From Antedon mediterranea (taxonomy: Eukaryota; Animalia; Echinodermata), in assembly GCF_964355755.1 (NCBI RefSeq), contig NC_092678.1, forward strand, positions 25,685,365 to 25,749,364: 64,000 nt of DNA, written 5' to 3'. The notes under the pieces were generated by a model that ran no database searches, was not told the origin of the DNA, and was given only the letters and a program-made list of their open reading frames with translations. A program made the translations under genes and the position numbers. This document shows positions 37,301-47,500 of the stretch, in pieces (position 1 is the stretch's first letter; every line of letters starts with the position of its first letter).

Positions 37301-40300
37301 TTTTATTTAAAAAATTAGAGAGTTATCAAGATTTATTGCGGCTGGTAGGTTGCATTGTAAAATTGATAAAGTCGGAGGAATTGTAGAAACAAACCGGCCA
37401 GACAGCAAGAATTACCAGTATCAGGTATTTATTCAGAATGGAAGATATTAACAATAAAGGAATGGATGACAAATTTCGTTTTTGTAAAAGCACAAGTTAA
37501 CGGAGTACTTACTCGAACGTTTCGATCTCTATCAGAGATCCTTCTCAACTGACTGCGGAGTGTTAATGCAGCTTGGTCATTCTTGACGTCATCTGTTGAT
37601 GACGTTGTACGCCTCCGGTTGTAGGTTGGAGGTTGTGCGGGGCTCGGCCAGGTGATGTGTCTATCAAATCATTGTACAAATGCGAGAGTTCGTGGGCTCC
37701 AGTGTCCCGGTTCATGGTCTTCTCTTTATTTCTCCTTATATGTAATGATTCTCTAATCTGTCTGTCTTTGCGTTTAGGCTCTTTGGTTAAGATGGTAGCC
37801 TCCCAGTTCGGTACATGATTGTGTTTTATGACATGTTCTGTAATGGCAGATTTGTGTATGATCGAAGATGTGGATGTTCTGGAGGCCCTAGTCATTACTC
37901 CCCCCGTGTTTGTTGTAACATCTTTTTTGTGATCATTAATTCGTGTTTGTAATGCCCTCCCTGTTTCCCCAATATAAACTTGTGGACAGTTGCGGCAGGT
38001 GACTTCGTAGATTACTCCACATGTATCCATCTTCTCGATTTTATCTTTTGGGTGGACGAGGCTATTCTTGATTTTATTTTGGGGTAGGAAATAGGTTCCG
38101 ACATTGTGATAGGAGAGAGTGCGTCGTATTCTTTCTGCCATTCCTTTTACATAGGGGATTCCTATGCTACCTCGCATCTTGATCTTTTCCTTCTGTGGTT
38201 CGTGTCCTTTGTTCTTTTTCCTTTTTCGGTTTTCCATAACTCTCTGGAAGGACCACTCTGGATACTGGCAGTTGTGTAACGCTTTCTTGATGTTATCCAT
38301 CTCAACTTTCCTCAAATCCATATCTCCCACTACCTTCTCAGCTCTGTCCACAAGCGTGTTTATAAGCCCCAGTTTGTGTTCGAGTGGATGATGTGAGTTG
38401 AAATGTAAATATTGGTCTGTGTGAGTGGGCTTCCGATAGACTGAGGTGGTAACTGTTCCATTGTCATTGAGTGTGATGAGCATGTCCAGGAAAGGTATTG
38501 TGTTGTTTGTCATCGATTCTGTGGTGAACTTGATATTGTCAGTTATATCGATGTTATTAAGATGTGTGTTAAATGTATGTACTGTACCTATGGGGATGAT
38601 AGCTAATACATCATCAACGTATCGTTTCCAATACACAGGCTTGATGTTAGTGGGTGCCGTGTTTATGGCTTGATGTTCGAGCCACTCTAGATACAAGTTC
38701 GCCAATATAGGACTTATTGGGCTTCCCATAGCAATGCCTTGTATTTGCCTATAAATGTTACCATTGAACGAGAAATAGGTTTTGTTCACAATTAAACCGA
38801 GGAGCTCCATTATGTCTGTCACATGTAGTTTAGTTCTATCCAGAAGTGTCGGATCTGTTGTTAGGCGATTTTCGACAACTTTGAGGGCCTCTTCTACTGG
38901 TGTTTTTGTAAACAGAGATACTACGTCAAACGAGACAAATGTTTCACTTGGTTTGACTATTATTTCTTTTAGTTCACTCGCCAACTCTCCTGAGTAAGTT
39001 ACATGATGTTCTGTGTTTCCGACAAGCGGACCCAGGATTTTGGTGAGGAATTGTGCAACGGTGTAAAAAACGGTGTTGATGTTATCTACTATAGGTCTTA
39101 ATGGCCAATTTGGTTTATGTATCTTCGGAAGACAATACAACCTAGGTACAATTTCAGCCGTGGGAAACAGCCATTCTTTCTCTCTGTAGTTGATTTTCTT
39201 TTCTTTGAACAACCTGCCTATGATGTTGACCACTTTTCGTTTATAGTTTTGTGTTGGATTACGTTTTAGCAGTTCGTAAACATTAGTGTCGCTCACCATG
39301 GTTCCCACTTTATCTTTGTAATCATTAGTATTTAGGATGACAGTAGATCTACCTTTATCCGCTGGGAGAATAAGAATAGATTTATCTTTCTTCAAGTTGT
39401 TTATGGCCTTTCGTTCTTTGGGGGTTAAATTTGAAGGTGGTAGAGTGGTAGATTTTACAATAGCTACAATTTTACTGCGAACGGTGTCTTGTTCTTCCAG
39501 GGGGACGAGATCAGCCGCTTTTTCAGCCGCTACTATGAGATCGTCAATGGGCATGGATCGTGGGCTCGCCGCATAGTTCAATCCCCTTTGTAATGCTGAT
39601 ATTTCGTCCTCACTAACCAACTTACTAGACAGATTTACTACCCATTTTTCTCTTAAGATCTTACCGGATAAATCCTGTTCTTGATGTAAATCTCTAGCTG
39701 CGTTTTCTGCTTTGTTTTTCCACCACAACAGTTTGTTTTGTTGTCGTGATCGGCATTTTAAGAATTCCGCTTCACACACTTTGTTTACGTGATTACATAC
39801 ATTGGTGATGTCCCCTCCGTTGGGAATTAGCGATACGATTTCCTCATTTAAATCTTTCTTTTTGCCTTCTAACTGTGTGATTTTGTTGGTGGTGATTCTT
39901 ATTCTCTCACGTAAAAGCTGTCTTTCTGCATGTTTTATTATTTCCTCTGCTTTAGACGATTTGATCGGTCGATATAATTTCAGGCTCGGAGGGGTAATGT
40001 CCAACCGCTTACAATGAAGGGAGAATACCCGGTGATTTCTCTGCCGTGAAATTTTCTTCGCGATATTTTCCTGTTTGCGTACGATGTTGATGGTTTCTTG
40101 ACCATATTTTTCTCTTAAATCTTGAAAGAATTTCATTTAGCTTCGATTTTGTATAGATGACAAATTTCGTTTTTGTAAAAGCACAAGTTAACGGAGTACT
40201 TACTCGAACGTTTCGATCTCTATCAGAGATCCTTCTCAACTGACTGCGGAGTGTTAATGCAGCTTGGTCATTCTTGACGTCATCTGTTGATGACGTTGTA

Positions 40301-40816
40301 CGCCTCCGGAGGCGTACAACGTCATCAACAGATGACGTCAAGAATGACCAAGCTGCATTAACACTCCGCAGTCAGTTGAGAAGGATCTCTGATAGAGATC
40401 GAAACGTTCGAGTAAGTACTCCGTTAACTTGTGCTTTTACAAAAACGAAATTTGTCATCTATACAAAATCGAAGCTAAATGAAATTCTTTCAAGGAATAA
40501 AGGAATGAATTGAATAAACACTAAATACAACAAGCATGCTTGTATTGTTGTCAAATCATTTTGTTTCCTAATTTGTTCTATGATTTATGAATACTAGACA
40601 TAAGAACACTTTATTATCTCCAACAATCTGAAGATATTACAATCAAGCATATATACTGTGGAAGATATATCAAAATGTAAAAAGACAATGTCAACATATT
40701 ACAAGGGTTTCTTACTGTTCAAATATACATTATTTGTTTTGTTTTAGGCAACTATTAAACAAGGGGATATTCTACTCAACCGTGTACAAAAGCTGAGCAG
40801 AGTTATCAACATTTAG
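34338..40816 (+). CDS. PSMD6: 26S proteasome non-ATPase regulatory subunit 6 (Rpn7), about 390 aa, 8 exons
   Basis: Exons 34338-34485, 34858-35063, 35241-35386, 35540-35759, 35956-36064, 36435-36603, 37319-37424 and 40748-40816 total 1173 nt. Diagnostic motifs: [87 protein letters not shown]. Confidence 0.97.
36662..37167. mobile_element. PIF/Harbinger-type MITE in PSMD6 intron 6
   Basis: About 50-bp TIRs AGGTTTCGCAGTCTTACGAATACGATAACGAAAACGGATACGTCA / TGACGTATCCGTTTTCGTTATCGTATTCGTAAGGTTGCGAAACCT, flanked by TTA and TAA. Confidence 0.75.
37563..40136 (-). CDS. PLE polyprotein: reverse transcriptase + GIY-YIG endonuclease (857 aa, uninterrupted)
   Basis: RT motifs [65 protein letters not shown]. 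Endonuclease [21 protein letters not shown]...R...H...SAITEH...H...RES. Confidence 0.95.
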   Translation of the reverse strand: MKFFQDLREKYGQETINIVRKQENIAKKISRQRNHRVFSLHCKRLDITPPSLKLYRPIKSSKAEEIIKHAERQLLRERIRITTNKITQLEGKKKDLNEEIVSLIPNGGDITNVCNHVNKVCEAEFLKCRSRQQNKLLWWKNKAENAARDLHQEQDLSGKILREKWVVNLSSKLVSEDEISALQRGLNYAASPRSMPIDDLIVAAEKAADLVPLEEQDTVRSKIVAIVKSTTLPPSNLTPKERKAINNLKKDKSILILPADKGRSTVILNTNDYKDKVGTMVSDTNVYELLKRNPTQNYKRKVVNIIGRLFKEKKINYREKEWLFPTAEIVPRLYCLPKIHKPNWPLRPIVDNINTVFYTVAQFLTKILGPLVGNTEHHVTYSGELASELKEIIVKPSETFVSFDVVSLFTKTPVEEALKVVENRLTTDPTLLDRTKLHVTDIMELLGLIVNKTYFSFNGNIYRQIQGIAMGSPISPILANLYLEWLEHQAINTAPTNIKPVYWKRYVDDVLAIIPIGTVHTFNTHLNNIDITDNIKFTTESMTNNTIPFLDMLITLNDNGTVTTSVYRKPTHTDQYLHFNSHHPLEHKLGLINTLVDRAEKVVGDMDLRKVEMDNIKKALHNCQYPEWSFQRVMENRKRKKNKGHEPQKEKIKMRGSIGIPYVKGMAERIRRTLSYHNVGTYFLPQNKIKNSLVHPKDKIEKMDTCGVIYEVTCRNCPQVYIGETGRALQTRINDHKKDVTTNTGGVMTRASRTSTSSIIHKSAITEHVIKHNHVPNWEATILTKEPKRKDRQIRESLHIRRNKEKTMNRDTGAHELSHLYNDLIDTSPGRAPHNLQPTTGGVQRHQQMTSRMTKLH
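40376..40408 (+). ncRNA. Candidate minimal hammerhead ribozyme variant in the PLE pLTR (sense copies on - strand at 40207-40239 and 37516-37548)
   Basis: TTGAGAA-G-GATCTC-TGATA-GAGATC-GAAACGTT: core U3UGANA8A9 (C3-G8 replaced by U3-A8), 6-bp stem II, GAAA and palindromic AACGTT. PLE pLTRs are known to carry minimal HHRs. Helix I pairing is weak. Confidence 0.55.
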
Positions 40817-41042
40817 AGTGAATTTCAGTTACTTGATTGAATTTACTCTACAGAAGCTGAGCAGAATTATCAACATGTAGAGTGAATTTCAGTTATTTGA
40901 TTGAATGCACTCTACAGAAGCTGAGCAGAGTTATCAACATTTAGAGTGAATTTTAGTTATTTGATTGAATTTACTCTACAGAAGCTGAGCAGAATTATCA
41001 ACATTTAGAGTGAATTTCAGTTATTTGATTGAATGTACTCTC
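40790..41042 (+). repeat. 64-bp tandem repeat (4 copies) spanning the last PSMD6 codons, stop codon and start of the 3' UTR
   Basis: AAGCTGAGCAGA(G/A)TTATCAACAT(T/G)TAGAGTGAATTTCAGTTA... starts at 40790, 40854, 40918 and 40982. Confidence 0.9.
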
Positions 41043-42692
41043 TTGCGGCATTTTTGTATGCTGTCATGGAAATTGTTTAATTTAAGCGTAATTGTGAAGC
41101 TTTATCTTATTTCTAAGGCAGATAATAGGATATTAATAATTATGCATTGTACTGTTTATGAATAATTCAGCTATACAGCTCTATTGTCATTTTCCGGTTT
41201 TTGTTTTGTACAAAACTAATTATTAAAAAGAAAATAAAAACATTGTAACTGTTTGTCTTCTGAAATGTCAGGAGTAGTGACACTTCCACTTCAACCCATA
41301 CAATGTCATAGGTGTATTTAGTTGTACACTCTAAAATAAGTTTAGCAGCAATGACCTTTGAACCACACAAAAACATATATAATTCCTAACATTGGCATAT
41401 ATGTTGTTTCACATCCTATCTACCTATTGTTTAGTCCATTTTGAGCTGTCTGGAGTTTATGTCAATTCATCGTCGTTGACAAAGCAAACTTAGATCAGAT
41501 TCTTCATCAGTACTTTATGAATGGATGATTAGGAGGGAACATGAACGCTAGTTGATCATACCCAGTGCCGTTTTGATCGTACAATTAATCTGGAAATCAC
41601 CTCACAACAGTATTCTGAAACCATCTCCTTCAGAATCTTCAGAATGATGACTGGAGATCGCTGATTTTAGCACTATAATCCAGTGTGTTTGCAGCTTACG
41701 GTACGCCACGTGCGCTCGGTTTTATTTATTTATCTATGAACTTTTTATGAATTTATCAAGGGCTTGCTCAAATGCGGCTTCCTGTCTTCTGTCATCATAC
41801 TTGCTTGATCCATTGAGCACAATTAGTATTAGTTACACTTTACCCCACACCAGGCTTGTACACATAAAAGGAAAGATAAAGTTAGTCAAGCCATTTTCTC
41901 TCCATTTTAACACTATACATTGTTGTAGGCATGATATTTAACAATTTCCTTTACCATTGTGTAATTTGATAATACCACCAATTACCTAGCTGGGCAGAGT
42001 TTGACAGTCTTGTTCTTGCACTGGGCATTCATTTTGCCAATTACAGTTTCCACCTCTCAAGACAATATTACAAGTAAAATATTAGAAATGTTATTCCCGG
42101 AGCCCACCTTTAATATTATTTTAACGACGCCCTCTATAAATTCCTCCACAGTGCATAAATTATAAGAAAAATTTACATCCTAATGAATATTCAATGATCT
42201 CATATGAGGAGACCAATTACTGAACCATGCAATGGAATATTCATTCATAATATAAGGTGGTGGTCCTCGTGGGTGTTGTGAACCGTTCTTTGGTTTATTT
42301 ATTATAATGTTAAAAGAAGAAAAAATGCAGCTCATACTATAAAACATAGTTGCCAAGAGGTTTCTGCATGTAAATTTAAGGTAAACAATCGTTTTATTTG
42401 CTACCTGACTTCCATGTGTAGGCTAAGTTTTGTCGAAGTTGAATTTGAAGCCTGACTTACCCTTGTATCGTGGTGGTTAGGTAATGCACCTGTCTGTGAG
42501 TGAGGTACGTCTGACGGTCTGTGTGTAAGCAGGCGATTGATACATCGGTGTAGTACCCGGTGTAGTAGTAGCCTATCAATAGAACATTTTAAAGTAGTAT
42601 TCTGTTTTTTTTTACCTTAGTAACAAGCACATTGATCTTAAGCATAAATAATGCGTTTTTGCGAATGAATGCTCTCTGACCTTGGGGAAAAC

Positions 42693-44137
42693 CAGGGGTG
42701 GCGCCAAGATCTTCCCGACGCGGGGGCTACATTCCCCGACGAGGGGGCTATGCGAGAATCACTAGGCTGGGGGTCGAGGGGGCGAAGCCCCCGGAAGCAA
42801 CGCGTTCTAGCGTCATTTGAGGTCATTTTAATCAGATTTAGGGTAGCCATTTTTTCCATTTTTTATAATGCATAAATAAAATACTGCGTGCAAAAAAACG
42901 ATGCGCGATGATTGTTTCAATCCATATTTTTCAATTTAAAAAATAAAAGTTCAAAGAAAATTTAGAAATTGGACTTCTTGTACTTCGAAATATGACCAGC
43001 TTTATTGTTGGAGCTGAGCTAAGAACTGTTTAAAACTAGAGCTGCGGGTCTTCAAAAAATTGCATTTTATACTTTGGAAACATCAGGCCTAGAGGCTTAA
43101 AAAACGCAAGCGTAGACCTTTTTCAGTCGGGGAAATAAGTTTATTCCTCCCAAGTGTATGCGTGCGTACTATCTGGACTTCCGAGTGGTGAGAAATTCAT
43201 GACATACAAGACATTGAAAATGTAATAACTTAGCTATAATAAGATGTTGGCTAAGCGAAAATGGCATGTTTTTTTGTTTAGTAATGGATGAAAAATTTAT
43301 TTTAGGTGCCCCACGGTACAGAAGGTTAGTTGTAAATTAAAAAATTGGTGAACATACGAACAATTAACATAATTCGTTTTTGCTGTAGTGTAGCGTACGT
43401 CGACGCAGTACACGACGTAACCGTCAGTAAACTTCGCCTGGAAAATAGTACACATTTTGGTCCCTTGATGGAACATGATATCACGCGTCTCGACCCAACG
43501 TTGAACAATTCGTACAAAGGGATACCGCCAGACAAGTGCGAACCTAGCTATTGTTTAGTAGTAAGTTAGGTCGCTGGCAATAATGAATGCATATATAAAG
43601 TGCATAATATCACTCTGACGTACTCTCACGGTCAATGAAACGTCGTGGTTTTCTAGGCGCTGAAGCTAGCTACGAAGTGAACGCGAACGCTTTTTACTGT
43701 ATATTATATTCCCCGACAAAAAGTACCCGTGTTCCCTTCGGTAACCGTCGGTAAACTTCGCCTGGAAAATAACTACATTACACATTTTGGTCCCTGTATG
43801 GAACTTGATATCACGCGTCTCGACCCAACGTTGAACGATTCGTACAAAGGGATACCGCCAGACAAGTGCGTACCTAGCTAATGTTTAGTAGTAAGTTAGA
43901 TCGCTGGCAATAAATGAATGGATAAAAGTGCATAATAGCCCTCTGACGTACTCTCACGGTCAATGGAACGTCGTGGTTTTCTAGGCGCTGAAGCATGAAG
44001 TGAACGCGAACGTTTTTTACTGTATATTATATTCCCCGACAAAAAGTACCCGTGTTCCCCGACGGGGGTGCTAGGTTCCCCGACGAGGGGGCTAGAGCCC
44101 CCGTAGCCCCCCCCCCCCCTTGCTGGCGCCACCACTG
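42693..44137. mobile_element. Non-autonomous hAT-type DNA transposon with an internal ~320-bp tandem duplication
   Basis: TIRs CAGGGGTGGCGCCA / TGGCGCCACCACTG. Perfect 8-bp TSD GGGAAAAC at 42685-42692 and 44138-44145. Subterminal CCCGAC repeats. Internal duplication about 43417-43735 vs 43741-44058. Confidence 0.85.
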
Positions 44138-44536
44138 GGGAAAACCCCAACAATACGTTATTTCGGGAAACCCCCCAAATGACATACTGCTGTACGTGTT
44201 TTTTTCTGAAACTTGAACTTCTATTCAGATACCCATGTGTATTTTAACTACTTTTGTCTATCACACCTTTGCCATATTGACTATGTGGATTATATAATTA
44301 CAGTATTAAGCTGTCCTCCTAGATGCATGTCAATCCTGATCTCAATTAATCTTAGTGGTTCTTCTTTAAACTTTTGTCCTCACATTTTATTTGATCAAAT
44401 TAATTAAGAATTCAATTTTTGTGGACCACCATTTTGTTTTTGTCTTTTTTGTTGTTGCTATTTCAGTAGGATGTGACCCAGATACCACACAAAACAGAAT
44501 CGGCCGTCGACCATTACTAGAACCGAATTACGCATC

Positions 44537-47500
44537 ATGAAAAAAATAGTGCTTTCCTTGTCTCTATTTGTTCATTTCTGTTTAGTAATTTCTGACGAAA
44601 CACAGACTTATGAAACGGTTACAGACATTACTACCGTGAATGAGACCGATATTAGTACCACCGATTCTTCTGATATTGGCTCGACGGCTTCCACGACAAA
44701 CGTAACCAAACAAACTTTTTCACCTACAAGTATTTCAACGCAGAAATTAACACTAAGGACGTTAAGTAGTCAACCAAGTTTGACGAATATTTTGACAAAA
44801 TCAAAATCATCCAATAAAAAATTAAAGCCTAAATCAACAAGTAAGCCCCCATTTGCAAGAAGGAAAAAGAAACGTAGTATTTTACTAATAGTTTTAGTAA
44901 TTCTTTCTGGACTGTTCTTCATATTTGCATGTGTTGTTCCGTACTTAAAGAAGAAAATCAAGTAAGTATAGAATTGAAATATTGCTTATTATCCTTTGTT
45001 AGAGCATAATACTAATACCCCTTTCACATTGCTTATCGAGATTACAGAGTTTAAACATACCAGGGCACACAAAACACCGGTGTTGACCCTCAAAAGTGGG
45101 TGTGGAAACTCCGGAGTTTAAACATACCAGGGCACAAAAAACATGAAACACCGGTATTGACGCTCTGGTGTGGGGGTGTGGAAACTCTGGAGTTTAAACA
45201 TACCAGGGCACATAAAACACAAAAACACAAGTTGACACCATGATGCGAGTCTACTTTAAACTGCACAGTTTAAACATACCAGGGCACACAAAAACACAAA
45301 ACACCAGTGTTGATATCCCGCTGGGGGTGTGTGTGGAAACTCTTGCGTTTCCTAGGCGATTTGAAAGGGTATAACTAACCTTTTCCATTTCCAGATTTAT
45401 AGCAAGTTATAAATTTATTTTAAAAGCACCTCTGAAATGTACCACTCACTATCCTGCTATCATTTGTCACTACATAGTACGTTCCATGCATTATTGTTTG
45501 ATTTTTATCATGGAATACTAAAGGGGTGCAAGTGCTGACTGCAGTGAAAATAAAATATTTTTTATAAATTATTTTAAACCATTTAACATTCTCAATTCTG
45601 TTTGTCCATTTAGTATAGTTTCTGATTTTATATGATTTTAAGTAAGCACACACAAGTCCTTCATGATCAGATATTCCATCATATATTAGCAAGTGAAGAA
45701 AATTTGTCATTTTTTAATGCCCACACATTGTTAAATCTTAGTTTATAAAACCATATTGTTTTTATATTTTTTTCGAAGAGGAATATAGCGATATTCTACT
45801 ATTGGTGTTATTAGCATAATGGGTATCTGATTTGTACGAATGACATTAAACTTGTGATCTATGGTATTATATTACTATATTAACATATTTTGCTGATAAA
45901 TCTTCAATATAATAATGAGATGAAAGCTATAACACAAGCTGTAAGTCCATCATGTATTTATACTTGCTTAATGTCTATTTGCTATTTACTGTTAGTAAAT
46001 ATTGAGCTGGTTTTTGTAGGCTTATACCTGCATCAATGCAACCCACAGACTTGAACGTTGATATTTTAAGTTTACAAGACAGTTTGGTTTGAGGCATATA
46101 GAATTTATGAGGCTATAATTCTTCTGTTTTTTGAAAGCATATAGATTAATTTTATTCTTAATAAAAGTGGCAAGTGGTAGAATTATTGATTAACTTGCTG
46201 ATAATAATCTATAATGATATGTAGTTAGAGGAGGCGCAGTTGTTATGTTTTAAGTTATCGGCATATTTAGTATGCCAACTGTACGATGCCGCTATAAGGT
46301 CACATCTGGTATTTAGCCGTTTAGCGAAGATGAATTATAATTTATAAGAAATCTTAATGCTAACATTTATCTATTTCGTGCAACATGATTGGATACATTT
46401 TAGAAATTAAACGCCGTAATTTGCAGTTACAAAAGAAAATATTATTTTGAAAAATTCTTGTTACGTTAGTATAATTACTTGTATCATTATGGTGAGATTT
46501 TATTTATATTATTTTAAATATTAATATTTTAAATAATAATTTGAGTAATCATTTTAATGGTAGCCTCTATTCACTTCTTTAAAAGCTATCTCTATACACA
46601 TCTAGATATAAGTGTTGGTTTTTTTTAACATTAATTTGACAATTTCCCAAAAAACATCCATAATGTATTCGTCTATTAAAGCTCATTAGCCCAATAATTA
46701 CCATTGAAATTAAAACATTAACCCACTGAGCAAACAATAATGCAATTAATAATGTTTATTAATAACATTAATGTTTGTTTATTAGTCCTTCACATGCAAT
46801 AAATGTTAATAACTAATATTAATGTTATTTTAGTCCTTCACATGTTTTTTTCTCTCTTCTCCTTTCTTTACTGCACACCGAGTCCCGTTACGTTTGTCTG
46901 ACTAGGTCAGCATTTTGGGAAATGTGACGACGTCAGTGATTGTCGTCGTCGGAGACTGTAAATCCTCAATTGTGATAAATTACCGTTTTGGTGCTCCGTG
47001 TTGTGATGGTGGTTATTTGTTTGCATGCATGGCTGATTTCAGTGAACATTTCACCGATGCAAAGCTGCTTTAATAACCAATATGTGAGAGAAGTCAGAAT
47101 ATGTACATTATCCATCGCCGCGGTTTCTTTGACGTCATTCAAACGTCTGCTTGTTTTCATGCTAATTAACATCATCATACGTCATTATTATTTTCTATTT
47201 CTCCCACCAATATTTTTGATTTATTCATTTTATAAAACTAGTTTATTTTAAATTTTATGTCAAAATGAATTTAATGAAAATTTGTTTTTGTATAGCATGG
47301 ACCCTCCCATCATATTATCATAATATAATGTGTTGCCATCATTTTAATGTTTGGTGTCATTGTGGATCTATGAGCTAAAAATTAAAATAAACCCTTGATA
47401 TATATAAACCCTGTATAGTGTGCGTTATATTTAAATGTCTACAGTAGGTTGTTAATTAAGCAAGGCCAGGCATCAACCTTTTTTTTCACATTAAATATCA

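Larger units (their letters stand above)
37465..40495 (-). mobile_element. Full-length Penelope-like retroelement (PLE) with pseudo-LTRs, inserted in PSMD6 intron 7
   Basis: TSD AATAAAGGAATG at 37453-37464 and 40496-40507. Direct repeat 37465-37618 = 40156-40309. Inverted pLTR copy at 40308-40494. Single long ORF. Confidence 0.95.

Noticed and set aside
40009-40513. Mirror-image 110-aa and 79-aa ORFs
   Set aside because: Artefacts of the pLTR palindrome.
41730-42070. Protein-like fragments on the minus strand (e.g. VLNGSSKYDDRRQEAAFEQALDKFIKSS*)
   Set aside because: Short, with no consistent exon chain or recognisable family.
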